The notes under the pieces were generated by a model. That model saw nothing but the letters and a program-made list of their open reading frames with translations, made no database searches and had not been told where the DNA came from. Shown here piece after piece: positions 1-12,346 of a stretch of DNA of 64,000 nucleotides; the stretch's first letter is position 1, and each line of letters opens with the position of its first letter. The translations under genes and the position numbers were made by a program. This DNA comes from Euprymna scolopes (taxonomy: Eukaryota), in NCBI GenBank assembly GCA_053919585.1, contig CM132790.1. The stretch is one strand, 5' to 3'.

Positions 1-29
1 ATATCAAAGTTAGTACCTTAGTAAGTGAG

Positions 30-325
30 AAGACGATAATGTGATATTAAAAATGATTGTCAAAATAAGTAACATATCCAAGAGTTATGAAAAATGATGA
101 AATATGTGTTAATTGATTGGTGTGTTTGTAATAAAATAATCAACACAGACAATGTATGAAAGGTATTATTTTCGTAAGGCGGGGGGAGGAGGCGATAATG
201 TTGGTCAAAATTATGAAAAATGATTGTTGAAATTAGTAACATATCCAAGAATTATAAAAAATGATGCAATGTGAGTTAATGTATTGGTGTGTTTAAAATT
301 AAATAATCGGTCTAGACAATTTATC
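30..325. repeat. Degenerate tandem duplication, ~167-bp period, 2 copies
   Basis: catatccaaga..aaaaatgatg..ttggtgtgttt..aaataatc..agacaat occurs at ~73 and ~240. Confidence 0.75.
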
Positions 326-559
326 AGTTTCTGTAGGTAGTTAATATTTTTCTTAATTTTCAATGTTAAATTCACGGAATGACGTCACAGTTTTAGGGGT
401 GAGGAGAAAAACACATAATTATGTTGCTTTTTAACGTGCTCTGGAGTTCTCTATGAATTAACAAACTTCACTTTTGAAGTGGAACTGGATGGAGTAAAGT
501 CCATTTTGGGGTCACTATGCAATTTCCCGCAATGTCCTATTCCAAAAATATGGAATAAT

Positions 560-1250
560 GATGGAACCATGTTCCGGAAATGAAATCGTTTCTCTTACTA
601 ATGTGTTGTTGTAGTTGGTGTAGAAAACGAGGAGAACTACATTAATATTGGAAATTGCGGTAAAGTAAAAGTTGCCTAATCATCATTCGCGTTAATGCAT
701 TTATGTAATTATTTGGAAAACCTGCTGAGTTATGGTAAAGAAATGATATCCTTTCACTTAAAATGATAGTGTTAGTAGTAGGAAAGAAAAGGAAACAGTA
801 ATGTGGAATTTTTAGTGAAGCAAAGGTTGCCTAATCACTAAGCTTTTCAACATATTTATTTATTTGTTTGTAAAGCTGGCTGAGTAATCTTCCAAAAATG
901 ACGTCTTTTTTCCCTAAAATTTTGTTGTCGGTAGTGGGGAAAAATGAAACAGAGTAATGTAGAATTTGATAATGAAGCAAGGGTTGTCTAATCACTTAAC
1001 TGTGTCAATGTATTTATGCATTAAGTTTAAACTCCTGCTGAGACATCTTCCAAAAATGACAAAATTTTTCTTACAATAATAGTGCCGATAGTGAGGGAGG
1101 AAAGAAACGCTGTAACGCCGAAATTTATGCTGAAGCAAGGGTTGCGAACTCATTAATCAACACAATGTATTTATGTATTAATTTGGAAATCCTAATGATC
1201 CATCTTCTATGATTTCAATTTTCTTAAAATTATAATAGCCTTGGTGGGAA
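560..1250. repeat. Degenerate tandem array, ~157-bp unit, ~4-5 copies
   Basis: Anchor gttgcctaatca-like motif at 671, 826, 983 and 1141, followed by conserved atttat..aaa.cctgctgag and aaaatga blocks. Confidence 0.85.
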
Positions 1251-1254
1251 GAGA

Positions 1255-1470
1255 AATTATTTCATATATGTTGTATAATACCTGTCGAGAGTATGTTAAA
1301 TTGTTTCATATATGCATATAAATTACCCGTCCGAAGGGAGGTAAACATATTTTAAATATGTGTGGTAAATTACCCTTCCTAAAAAGATAAAATTATTTCA
1401 TATACATTCTGTAAATTACCTCTCCTAGAAAGGTACCATTACATGGGTAATAGCCGCCCTATGGTAGGTA
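1255..1470. repeat. Short tandem array, ~43-bp unit
   Basis: Repeated tttcatatat..aattacc....aggtaaa units. Confidence 0.65.
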
Positions 1471-1597
1471 AACTATTATTTTGCTCGAAATAGCAAATGA
1501 TGCATAGACATTAAAAATTCCTCTCTCAAAAGAATAACAATAACAATTATATTCAAAATTATATTCAAGATCAACTTAAATGTTCTCATTCTTTATA

Positions 1598-1629
1598 CGG
1601 TGCCGAGTAACGCCAGGTAGCCCTGCTAG
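1598..1629 (+). mobile_element. Helitron 3' terminus; the upstream arrays are probably internal to this element
   Basis: GC-rich gccgagtaacgccagg, then a short spacer and CTAG|T at 1626-1630. Confidence 0.55.
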
Positions 1630-2123
1630 TAAATAAATAAAGATACAGATAATTCACGTTCCTGTATTTGACACCGTGTTTAAAAGTGTCTTTTGCGTAC
1701 ATGGTCATTCATTTTTGCCCAGGAAATCGCACTTTATTTTTACTACAAAACAAAGAAAGCACGGAATTTCAATTTACTCACCTCTTTCTAACCATCTACC
1801 TAACTAGTCAGATAGGAATCAAAGGTACATAAGCTTGAACCTGAATAGGCCTCTCTGAAACAGTTATATCTACCTACACTCTTTGTAGATTTCTCTGAAT
1901 TAGCTTTAAGTATAATATACTGTACTTCTCTTCATGGCGTGTAATATCTTACAATGGCACGAAAGTAAATGACGAATGAAGTACGGAGTTGGAATCATTC
2001 ACAAGTGATGGTTCTTGGTAAAGATGAAAAATTACAGGCACGTGGATGTGAAAATATTTACTATTCAATATATTATACATGTAAATAATTTATAAATTGT
2101 TTTTATTGTTTGCCATTGCGTTA

Positions 2124-3406
2124 CGAGGGGAGTGAATAAGTAATGCACCTGACCCACTTCCAGTTGTCTGATCTAGGTGAAACTTTGCATGACCAATGAT
2201 TTATATCTCTACGGTTTATATGACAAATTACAGCTCTGAACTAATTGTGGTTTCTGTTTTACAGGTGTTTGAACTGAGTCAGTTGTGAAATGGAGCCTGT
2301 TGAATGTCGAGCAGTGATCCGGTTTTTCTATTTGAAAGGACGCACACCACAGGAGATTTTTGATGAAATGAAAGAAACCTATGGTGATAATGCCCCATCA
2401 TATGACCTTGTAAAACGCTGGCATCCTGAATTATAACATGCCCGGAAGTCTGTGGAAACAGCCCCCAGACATTGTCGCCCCCCTTCTGCCATTGATGAGG
2501 CATCTGTCCGTCAAGTTAAGGCTGCCATTTTGGAGGATCGGCGCATTACTATTCGCCAAATAGCTCAAGATGTCAAGAGGGTCTGTGGAAACTATCATTC
2601 ATGACCATTTGCATATGCATAAGGTGTCTGCCAGATGGATTCCCAGGTTGCTCACACCATTCCAGAAGCGAGAACGCGTCGAGTGCTCGAGGATGAATTT
2701 GGAGATGTGCCAAGAAGATGAGCCAAAGTTTTTCAAAAGACTGATTGCACAGGATGAAATCTGGCTCCATCACGATGATTCAGAGACCAAAGCCCAGTCA
2801 ATGCAGTTGAAGCACTTGGATTCACTACCCCCAAACAAGGCAAGGGTGCAGCCCTGCGCTGACAAGGTCATGCTCACAGTCTTCTGCGACCAGGACGGAG
2901 TAGTGATGACAGATTTCCTGGCAAAGGATACTACAATTACAGGTACCTATTATGCTTCACTTTTGAGGAAATTAAGGGAAGCTATCAAAATCAAGAGGCG
3001 GGGCAAGATCAGCAAAGGTACCCTCCTCCTGCAGGACAACGCTCTGGTCCACAACTCGTATGTCGCCAAATCAGAAGCACGGGAGTGTGGTTATGAAATC
3101 CTCCCCATCCTCCCTACTATCCTGACATTGCACCCTCTGACTTTCACCTCTTTCCAACCATGAAGTTGTTTTTGAAAGGAAAGCGTTTCCCAGATGATGC
3201 AGCCTTGAGTTCTTAAGTCACGTCCTGGTTGGAGGATCAACATGGGGTGCTCTACAAAATCGGTCTCCATAGCTGCATCAAACGATGGGAGAAATGCATA
3301 ACTCTGGGTGCTTCCTATGTAGAGAATGACTAATAACTGTGCCAAGTTTCGTTGCTCTACTGCTATGGGAAGTGGGTCAGGGGCATTACTTATTGCACGC
3401 CCCTCG
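2124..3406 (+). mobile_element. Mariner (DD34D, irritans-like) transposon, near full length, defective
   Basis: ~37-bp TIRs (cgaggggagtgaataagtaatgcacctgacccacttcc and its near reverse complement at 3368-3406), TA on both sides, ~1.28 kb. Confidence 0.95.
2290..3333 (+). pseudogene. Mariner transposase pseudogene
   Basis: MEPVECRAVIRF.. HTH start; ARWIPRLLT, QDEIW, LLQDNA and HPPYYPDIAPSDFHLF motifs; in-frame stop and frameshifts. Confidence 0.93.
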
Positions 3407-3714
3407 TAGTCCTACGCTAAGTTGGGCTCTGCAATAAATATTCCCGTTGTACTTAACATGATTACATGCTTGATCAGAGTCTGCCTTAGAGAAACTATTT
3501 TGCAAGGCGGTTGGCCATCTACCTATAATATAATATAATATAATATAATATAATATAATATAATATAATATAATATATATAATAGCGAGTTTTGCTACAG
3601 GATCTAAATACATGCACGAATCATATAAGTCGTCATTCGCTTATTTTTTCCTGGGAGCGATGCGATGTAATAGTGCTTTTCTGATGTCGTCATAACTGAC
3701 AGGGTCGATCAGTG

Positions 3715-3890
3715 TACGAAAGGCGTTCCAAAAGTAATGTATCCTATTTTTCCTTCCACCCAAATAGATAGGAGGGACTTTCAAATTGCATTGTCATGAT
3801 GGTTGAGCATATGGATTCATTACCTGAAAGTTTCCTCTGTCTGTTGCAGATATTGGTGAATCTCTAAGAGAAGCAATCCTTAGCATGCGG
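3715..3890 (+). mobile_element. Mariner-type terminal fragment
   Basis: TA-cgaaaggcgttccaaaagtaatg..caaattgcattgtcatgat; homologous to 14337-14450 (+) and 59780-59870 (-). Confidence 0.55.
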
Positions 3891-4457
3891 AAATATACCT
3901 TTATATGATAACGGCAACATTATTATTTTTCTTTCTGTTATTTATTTTTCCATTCCTTTTCTTTGATGTGTTAAGGCCTTATTAAGCTACGTTGATCCGT
4001 CTATGTTTTTTATCCTCTCAAATTCTCGTCAATGGGATTGCTTTGAGACTTGGTTCATCTCAACGGAATTTTCTATCTTTCCTTTCTGATCTCGCTATAT
4101 AACACAGATGTTCGCTTCGTTTCTCAGCCTTGTTCACAACATTAGTATATTATTTTAATGTATTTATTGTTTAAGTTGAATCTACTTGTGTAGCAATTTC
4201 TTAGACAATATTTAACCCCGTAAATTTATATTTCTAAGGAATTCGTAGCTAGCTAGGTTTCCGACTATTTTCTTTCTTAGCTTAGTCATTTCTTTGGCAC
4301 CGTACATGTTTTTCTGTTGTTCTAGTATTACTTTTGCTTAAATCTCATTCTATTTGCTCTCATTCATCTTTTGTCTCCTTTTTTTTTAATGTCTACCCTC
4401 TCTTCTTCATCACAGTAAAACTCACCTTTTTTCATGTTTTATTTCAAATTTTCACTA

Positions 4458-4513
<56 letters not shown>

Positions 4514-4689
4514 CATGATTTTTCTTAAAAGCGAATGAGTTTGCGTGATTCTTTTGTGATTTCGAGTGTCTTGGAAAGCTGTTCGTAAGCATTTTGATGA
4601 GGACAGCACAGTATACATAAGATCAATATGTATCTATCTCTTCAAAATCGAAAATAAGTCATACCGTATAAATAATCTATATAATTATA

Positions 4690-5883
4690 CAACTCTAATG
4701 GCCTTTTAACGGGTGTTGTAACCCAATATCGGGCCTAGGGCTTCCGGTTGCACATGCGTACATAAACATAAACCCATAATAATCAACGCAACAATAAAAC
4801 GTATTGTTTTTATGTGTACGTTTTCAGCGTCCCAATTTTTGTTCACGTTTAAATTATCCAAACAAACAATTGTTTTACATCGTTCATTTCCGTATTACGT
4901 TTAAGTTATTTTTAGTTTATTCTCCATTTTTTAATACACCTTTCTTAAAAAACATTCATACATTTTCTTCTACACTACCAACATAAATAAATAACCTCGA
5001 AAATATGTTCTTTTTTAATTTGCGTTACATATAAATAATCAACGCGGCAATAAAACGTATTGTTTTACTGTGTACGTTCTCAGCGTCTCAAATGTTGTTT
5101 TTGCGTTTAAATTAAAAGACATATAAAAATTTAAATTTAACTAAGTATAATGTTATCTGTTCAGTGCACACCTATAAGTATGTCAAACCACTTATAATTC
5201 AATGGCTGTAAGTTTTTTCTCCAAAATAAACAATTGTAAACAGAACGACTCATAGAAATCTATCTATATTCTTTTGTCATTTTAATATACTTTCATAGAA
5301 ATGTTTCTGTTATGTCACAAAAAAACCTATTTGCTAGACAAGTTATGTCACAAAAACTATTTTCTAGACAAGGTTCAAAAGAGAGTCGCCAAACTGATAG
5401 GTGCTGAACTGTCATCTAAACTAGCCTCTGTCTCATCGACGAAATGTTGCCTGTCTTACAAGTACTTTAACGGTGAATGCTCTGACGAACTGCAAGCACT
5501 TGTGCCCCCTTTGAGGTAAATACCCCCGACAAACCCGACAAGCAGCTAAATCCCACCATTAACAGTAGAGATCCCTAGATGTAAGAGTAGTTTCTTCCCA
5601 AGAACAGCTAGACTTTGGAATTCCTTTCCGGGTCCCTGCTACCCCAACTGTACTGACATACTAAAATTAAAGTGCAACGTGAACCGACATCTTGCTGTCC
5701 AACTCCCTACACAGTATCCTGATAGTAGCCCCCTACAACAAAGTGGCAATGTGCCTTGTTTGGGGTGAAAATGTAAAAAAAAAACCCCAAAACACGATTT
5801 TGTTTACGTTACAAGTGTCACGCTCATACATTAATTCCATAGCTAATATAACATACTGACCCAACGGGACACGGGTAGTCTAG
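4690..5883 (+). mobile_element. Non-autonomous Helitron-like element interrupted by a LINE fragment
   Basis: 4690-5260 is homologous to 39740-40390 and has internal subrepeats (acgtattgtttt..tgtgtacgttttcagcgtc); it ends with accc..gggt then CTAG|T at 5880-5884. Confidence 0.55.
5330..5783 (+). mobile_element. CR1-group LINE 3' fragment
   Basis: LDKVQKRVAKLIG..HRRNVAC..YKYFNGECSDELQALVPP and FFPRTARLWNS, followed by poly(A). Confidence 0.85.
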
Positions 5884-5984
5884 TATCCTTATATTACTCT
5901 TTCAATTATGAGGATGAGTCTATTTGTTTTCTTCGGTTGCTTGGAGACTTATGTAGAAAGTATCAGTCAAGAATCCGTTCTTGG

Positions 5985-6258
5985 TTATCAGCCTGATAGG
6001 CGAGGGGCCAGGAACTGCCCCGGTACCTATCGGACTGAGGTACACCGCCTAGGAGGTTTATTCTCCAATGCCTTATACGGTATACGGGTGGGGCAAGTTT
6101 GTCGCTTGTTGTTTAAGGCGCCTTTACCGGGGAATGCTGATGGGGAAGCCCAGGCAATTTTTGCTAGTTCAGAGTGCCTCTCTTTTAGAAGCACTGGCAG
6201 GAATCCCCACTTTCTGACCTTGTGTCAGATCTTGCTGAGGTAGGCAGCAAGTAAATAT
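5985..6258 (+). ncRNA. Unidentified structured element, copy 1 (multiple hairpins, Sm-like AATTTTTG)
   Basis: 6095-6258 is ~66% identical without gaps to 16335-16498, with compensatory stem changes; extra hairpins upstream. Confidence 0.5.
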
Positions 6259-7290
6259 CTACCACATAATTTTAGATGTTTATATACGTAACTAAAAGTA
6301 AGCAAAACAGAGAAATCGTAATAGGGTCGTTCGAATGTGGAAACGGCGGGTATGATTAATTAGTCAACATAGATTATTTAATATTTATAAACATTTCTTG
6401 GCAAAAAGGTCAATCATTATAATGGTGTAACTGCTGAATTTTTGAGTGGGTTTTAAAAGCCGTTTCTAATCAACTATATATGATAAATATCAGTTATATA
6501 TCGCATACATGTCTATAATGACTATGTATCATCAAATAAGCCCGTTCCTTTTTTTTTTGTACTGTTCAAATTCTTACTATACGTTTCTCTTGTCTTCAAA
6601 TCACTTAGTTCCTCGTCTTTCGACCGGCAAATATCCTATTTCTCGCAATATTTAGCAATCTAATAAAAGCCGGCATTCCTTCTCACTTTTCTCACTCACG
6701 CCGCTGACATCTTTTTAGACTACAATACATTCATTCACGAAGGGTTCCATTCAATTTCCACCATTATGACCTTTTCTGGTAAGCCAACACGTCAGTAACA
6801 TTGAGAAATTCAACGATGTCGCTCAAAGGGAAGAGCCGTAATGGCCAACCACTTTGAAAAGCATACATCAAATAGTGGCTTATATTGGTAGGAACCTGAA
6901 TAGATATTCACGAATTAGAAATACAGCAAGATAACAAAAAACTGATATATTTCAAACTTGAAAACAATTCGTTAGGTGGCCTTATAACAGAATGTGCAGA
7001 TATGAATATCGAATGTTCTAGGCGCAAACATAAAACATTTTGACCTTTAGTGAAACCAAATCTTGGACGTTCATGATGAGGTATTTCGAGTATGCTCTCA
7101 TTCTATATACCATTCTTCTTTACATTGTAATATATAATGTATAGATGTAACATGTATATANNNNNNNNNNNNNNNNNNNNNNNNNNNNNNNNNNNNNNNN
7201 NNNNNNNNNNNNNNNNNNNNNNNNNNNNNNNNNNNNNNNNNNNNNNNNNNNNNNNNNNNNNNNNNNNNNNNNNNNNNNNNNNNNNNNNNN

Positions 7291-7546
7291 GACAGACTAT
7301 GGACACCCACGGTAAGGGTGCCTGCGCGTGAAATTTTTGTGGCACGAGTTGCGCAATCTCGAACCACACCTCTCCTGAGTCAACATTGTTGAATACCAGT
7401 GGCAAACGGAGGTTCAGGGCGACTAGAAACAATGCCGAGATAAGCGGAAAGCACATACAGCGCCTAGAATTCCCAAATGGTCACCCATCTGGTATTAGCC
7501 AGGCTCAACGTTGCTTAACTTCGGTGATCTGACGGGAACCGGTGTG
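7291..7546 (-). mobile_element. 5S rRNA-derived SINE (SINE3-type), family A
   Basis: Reverse complement of 7455-7546 is caccggttcccgtcagatcaccgaagttaagcaacg..gatgggtgacc..tgggaat (5S-like); body shared with 30845-31050. Confidence 0.85.
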
Positions 7547-7962
7547 NNNNNNNNNNNNNNNNNNNNNNNNNNNNNNNNNNNNNNNNNNNNNNNNNNNNNN
7601 NNNNNNNNNNNNNNNNNNNNNNNNNNNNNNNNNNNNNNNNNNNNNNNNNNNNNNNNNNNNNNNNNNNNNNNNNNNNNNNNNNNNNNNNNNNNNNNNNNNN
7701 NNNNNNNNNNNNNNNNNNNNNNNNNNNNNNNNNNNNNNNNNNNNNNNNNNNNNNNNNNNNNNNNNNNNNNNNNNNNNNNNNNNNNNNNNNNNNNNNNNNN
7801 NNNNNNNNNNNNNNNNNNNNNNNNNNNNNNNNNNNNNNNNNNNNNNNNNNNNNNNNNNNNNNNNNNNNNNNNNNNNNNNNNNNNNNNNNNNNNNNNNNNN
7901 NNNNNNNNNNNNNNNNNNNNNNNNNNNNNNNNNNNNNNNNNNNNNNNACACACCGGTTCCCG

Positions 7963-8009
<47 letters not shown>

Positions 8010-8014
<5 letters not shown>

Positions 8015-8770
8015 CAGGTGGACCTTACATTGCTCGAGATAAAATGATGCTGAACGAAAGTTTCACACTCCCATATTTTTATTGTCATCAAAATTAGTGA
8101 AATCGTCCATATTTCAATCAAATCAATTGTGTGCTCCATTTGGGAACCCATTGCGGTGTGACTTAGTTCACAATACATTGTAGATTACATTGCACTATGA
8201 GAACCAACTGAAGATTTTATAAAATTATTTTATATATAATGACTTTAAACAGGTAAAAGTCAAGTAACATGTTTCAATTTTGCTATCAGAAAAACATTAA
8301 TTTTGAAAGCATCCTTGCCATACCAAATACCTTACAGCTGATTTCATATGTTTGGCCTTACTCATTTTGCGGTGATAATGGCGTGAATTTAAGTTAAAAA
8401 GGAAGGAGTCAAGTATTATGTGCCAATCGTGCTTTAATCATAAACTTTCATTTCGAACGTGTCCCTTTCGTATAAAGGGACCTACTGTTTATTTTATATG
8501 TTAGGCTTTTCGGTCTGTGTTGTAACAAAACTTCTCAAATACACATATTAAAGGTGTAAACCTTGGTCAAAATCGCCTGTTCCCTTTTTCATTGAGTAAT
8601 TTCTATTATGGATTCTTATCAAGACATTTCGATACAAAACTTATCAAAGAACACTGCCAGGCACATAACGTACCTTTTCATAAAATTTTATGAAAATCGG
8701 CCAACTGTTTACGTCCATAATATACGGAAAATCAAAATGATACAATGACTTACCGTAACAATTTCTGTTA
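8010..8770 (-). mobile_element. Non-autonomous Helitron-like dispersed repeat
   Basis: Homologous to 46016-46770, which begins ACTAG; shorter matches at 12890-12990 and 51040-51125. Confidence 0.65.
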
Positions 8771-9340
8771 TATTTTTGTAACGATTTTGAGTTTAAAAAA
8801 TAATCAAGAAATTTGTATTTTCTGCAACCAATTGTTTTAATCAAACAGAATTGAACAAAATTAATAAGAAAACCACATTTTCTTTTGTTTTTCGTATTCT
8901 TTTAACAAGTTTTGTTTTATGTGTTTTTTTTTCACGTATAATATGTATTTTTTAATGTTTTTTTTAAATTTGTAACTAAGGTAAACATTTTCTTTTTTTT
9001 ATTCCATGAATTTTATTTCCTGTGAGGCTGGGCAACCGATTTCAAAACATAAATTCAATTAAGTTTAATAAGGTTTAAGATGAAGACAAAAAGATCATTA
9101 CTAAATTTCTGTCTCCACATAAACTTAAAAAAAAAACTTTTAATAAGCTCTTGACGTTTTCAACTAACTTGATATAAGGTGAAGATATTCATCCAGTATA
9201 AAGTTGCTAGGAAGTTGAGTTGTTTACTTCATTTTATGATATGTTTTCTTCCAATATTTTCCCCAAGGATCGTCTGCTCTTTTGTCGCATATAGTCAAAC
9301 TCGAGCGCATGACCACGCGAGTGGATAGTAATTTACGTCT

Positions 9341-9411
<71 letters not shown>

Positions 9412-9413
<2 letters not shown>

Positions 9414-9792
9414 GGCAGGATCATGTTGATACACCGGTTCTCTTTAGTCGGAGAAGTTAAGCAATTATGAGTCTGGTCAGTACAAGATGAGTGACTATTT
9501 GATATTGCCAGGCGCTGTATGTACTGCTCTGGAACGTAGAAATTCCCAACTGTATATCCGAGGGCGCGTTCAATCCACAGGGAGGCATGCACCCTCAGTC
9601 TTCTTTAAGACATGCATCTATTGGAAAGAATTGTCTAATGTAAAATCTGAGACCTACAGTCTGCTCTCTCCTGTGAAAACCATCCCACCGACTGTGGGCG
9701 TGTTCTACACAAAGCCTTTCCCACTAAAACATGTTACTGTGTGGTTTTCCGAATAAGTTAATTGTTGTGGCGAACCTCATACATCGGAATCG

Positions 9793-9795
<3 letters not shown>
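9412..9795 (+). mobile_element. 5S rRNA-derived SINE, family B
   Basis: tacggc..acaccggttctc..gaagttaagcaa..gatgagtgac..aggcgctgta head followed by an unrelated body; flanked by (TA)n. Confidence 0.75.
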
Positions 9796-9858
<63 letters not shown>

Positions 9859-9875
9859 TTTATAAAATATATATG

Positions 9876-9939
9876 GCGATTAAGCTACACTGAATGTTCC
9901 GCGTTTCATCCACTCTAGGACTCCTCAGGCTTATGCGCG
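9876..9939 (-). ncRNA. Type I hammerhead ribozyme
   Basis: taagc-CTGAGGA-gtcc(tagagt)ggat-GAAA-cgcggaacattcagt-GTA-gctta. Confidence 0.8.
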
Positions 9940-10052
9940 AATTCTGTGGGCGTTTATCGTTTTTATATAAAATTATATATATATATATAATATATATAAA
10001 ATATATAAAATTATATAAAAAATATAAAAAACGATAAACAACCACCGAATTC

Positions 10053-10115
10053 GCGCATAAGCCTGAGGAGTCCTAGAGTGGATGAAACGCGGAATATTCA
10101 GTGTATCTTAATCGC
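10053..10115 (+). ncRNA. Type I hammerhead ribozyme (stem I mismatch)
   Basis: Same core; the 3' strand reads GTA-tctta. Confidence 0.7.
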
Positions 10116-10242
10116 CATATATATTTTATAACTTACTAACTAGCTCTACCTACGTATTGAATACTTCTGAAGCAAATACTTAAAGTTTACGTATAAATCT
10201 ATACTTTCGTATATTAATTTTACGTAAGTAATTAATTAGGTA

Positions 10243-10296
<54 letters not shown>

Positions 10297-10297
<1 letters not shown>

Positions 10298-10348
10298 TAG
10301 CAGTATAGCCTGGCTTTGCACGGTCCCTATATACTGTTCATAACTTTA

Positions 10349-10410
<62 letters not shown>

Positions 10411-10970
10411 TGTGACTTATGTTCAGGTAACCTACATCTAAAATTTTAAGTGTCTTGACCGAAAATTTAGCAGAGGATTTCGGCAGAGTCTGAAAATGTC
10501 AACTCTTTCTGCTTTGACCTCTTGGCAGCCACATTTCCGCCCAAAAACTAATTAAAAAGCTTGCTGCATATCTGAATACCTTTTATGTAAAATGCCAAAT
10601 GTTTAGATCTAAAATTTGCCGAGAGGTCAATATTTTTTGTAAATTTGACTCCAATATGACCCCTTAACATTTATTGTTTGGGCTACAATTAAAGTAAAAT
10701 ATTTGATCGATGTCCCTGAAACCTACTTCTAAAAGTTCAGGGGTTTAGACGCAAAATTGGCGGAGGAGTATAGTAGAGTTTTCAAAGATCAAATCGTTGA
10801 ACTTTGTCCCCTTAAAAGCCAAATTACTGGCCGAAAATCTATTAAAATATTTTCTCAAACCTCAATACCCCTGATGTCAAATCTCGAGTCTGTAGGCTGA
10901 AAATTGACCGAGAAGTTTAGTAGGGAAATTTACAAACACAGACGGACACACAGAAAATTTCACTTATATA
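10297..10970 (-). mobile_element. Non-autonomous Helitron-like element
   Basis: Starts A|CTAG plus a GC-rich palindrome-like motif; homologous to 53265-54000; tttgacc subrepeats. Confidence 0.7.
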
Positions 10971-10975
10971 TATGT

Positions 10976-11038
10976 CGATTAAGCTACACTGAATATTCCG
11001 CGTTTCATCCACTCTAGGACTCTTCAGGCTTATGCGCG
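10976..11038 (-). ncRNA. Type I hammerhead ribozyme, sense to and downstream of the PLE ORF
   Basis: taagc-CTGAAGA-gtcc/ggat-GAAA-cgcggaatattcagt-GTA-gctta; core intact. Confidence 0.82.
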
Positions 11039-11427
11039 AATTTTGTGGTTGTCTGTCGTTTTTATATATACACACCTTCTATTGAGATTTAAGTTAGGCA
11101 ATAAGCTTTCTAGTATCCACCGCGCCCTTCCTATCAGCCAATGAACATGCACTTATCGGACCGAGTCCTATTTGAGCTCTGGTTGACCTGTTCCTTTGTG
11201 TGTGCTCTATTAAGCCTGAATATCTAGTTTCTTGACCTGTTTTAAATCTAAGTTATGTTAGTTTATATATAATTATATATATATGTACCTACATATATGC
11301 ACATATATATGTACATATATATATACATACATATATGTGTGATCGTTTATGTATATTCATGTTTACTTAATTTATTTATTTGTTTATTTTCTATTGTTTT
11401 TGTTAGTTTTAAAACTAGTTTGTATCG

Positions 11428-11905
11428 CTATCCTAGAGTAAATTTTATCTTGTGAACACAGTTGTTCGCTATTTCTCTTCTACAGTTTAATAGATGTTGG
11501 GATTCTTTAAAGTACAGGATAACAAATTTTTCATGAAGGCATAATCTACATGGGTCGTCTAGGTCCCTACACGTGGTAGCTTGTCTTATTATTTTCCATT
11601 CGACTACCGGCAAATGTCCGCTTTCCTTGAGTTCCCAGTATTTATTGGCTAGCGTTTTTTTCATTCGGTGTTTTTTATTGTTGAATGTACTTTTGTGGTC
11701 ATAATATCGAGTTTTGAAATCTAAGGATGTGATACCTGCGTAATATTTCTTGTTATTCGGGTTTTCTTTCGCAAATGTTGTGGCCTGGAAAACTACGCTT
11801 TTTGTTAGACATTTATTTTGAAGTGGGCAAAGTGTGCGGTGTCCACAGTTGCATTTATGTTGTTCGTTATTAGTATTTTTATTTCTAGTATGGTTGTTCT
11901 TGTTC
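11428..11905 (-). CDS. Penelope-like GIY-YIG endonuclease domain (C-terminal part of the PLE ORF; RT missing)
   Basis: CNC..CPLQNKC..VVF..YAGIT..FKTR..H..F..YWELK..W.I..CRLC..EK..LN.R.E..CVH; uninterrupted to the stop. The Met in the ORF track comes from the inverted repeat. Confidence 0.88.
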
Positions 11906-12283
11906 GGGGTTGGTTTATTATTATCATCATTATTATTATTATACATATGAACATGAATATGCATAAACGATCACACATATATGTATATATATATATATGC
12001 ATATATATGTGCATATATGTATGAACATATATATATATTTATATATAAACTAACATAAAAAAACATAACTTAGATTTATAACAGGTCAAGAAACTAGATA
12101 TCCAGGATTAATAGAGCACACACAAAGGAACAGGTCAACCAGAGCTCAAATATGCCTATGTCCGATAAGTGCATATTCATTGGCTGATAGGAAGGGCACG
12201 GTGGATACTAGAAAGCTTATTGGCTAACTAAAATCTCAATAGAAGGTGCTTTTATATAAAAACGACAGACAACCACAAAATTC

Positions 12284-12346
12284 GCGCATAAGCCTGAAGA
12301 GTCCTAGAGTGGATGAATCGCGGAATATTCAGTGTAGCTTAATCGC
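12284..12346 (+). ncRNA. Type I hammerhead ribozyme with core mutation (GAAA to GAAT)
   Basis: ctgaaga-gtcc/ggat-gaat-cgcggaatattcagt-gta-gctta. Confidence 0.65.

Larger units (their letters stand above)
9860..10245. mobile_element. Penelope-derived short element: inverted pair of pLTR segments
   Basis: 9860-9970 is the reverse complement of 10020-10130; 10025-10245 is repeated at 12258-12475. Confidence 0.85.

Noticed and set aside
1255-1470. CRISPR-like short repeats
   Set aside because: The units are degenerate tandem copies without unique spacers, the context is eukaryotic, and there are no cas genes.
5908-6243. 111-aa ORF, or a minus-strand TGA=Trp reading (AKIAWASPSAFPG), as the explanation for the 6/16-kb homology
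   Set aside because: Third-position changes cover only about five codons. The 16-kb copy has a stop and offsetting 1-bp indels, and base-pair covariation explains the conservation better. Not fully excluded.
6760-6897. Possible minus-strand terminal exon (VPTNISHYLMYAF..)
   Set aside because: Only an AG and a short open frame support it; no recognisable homology.
7455-7546. Functional 5S rRNA gene
   Set aside because: It is diverged, lacks a T-run terminator and is fused to a body shared with another copy.
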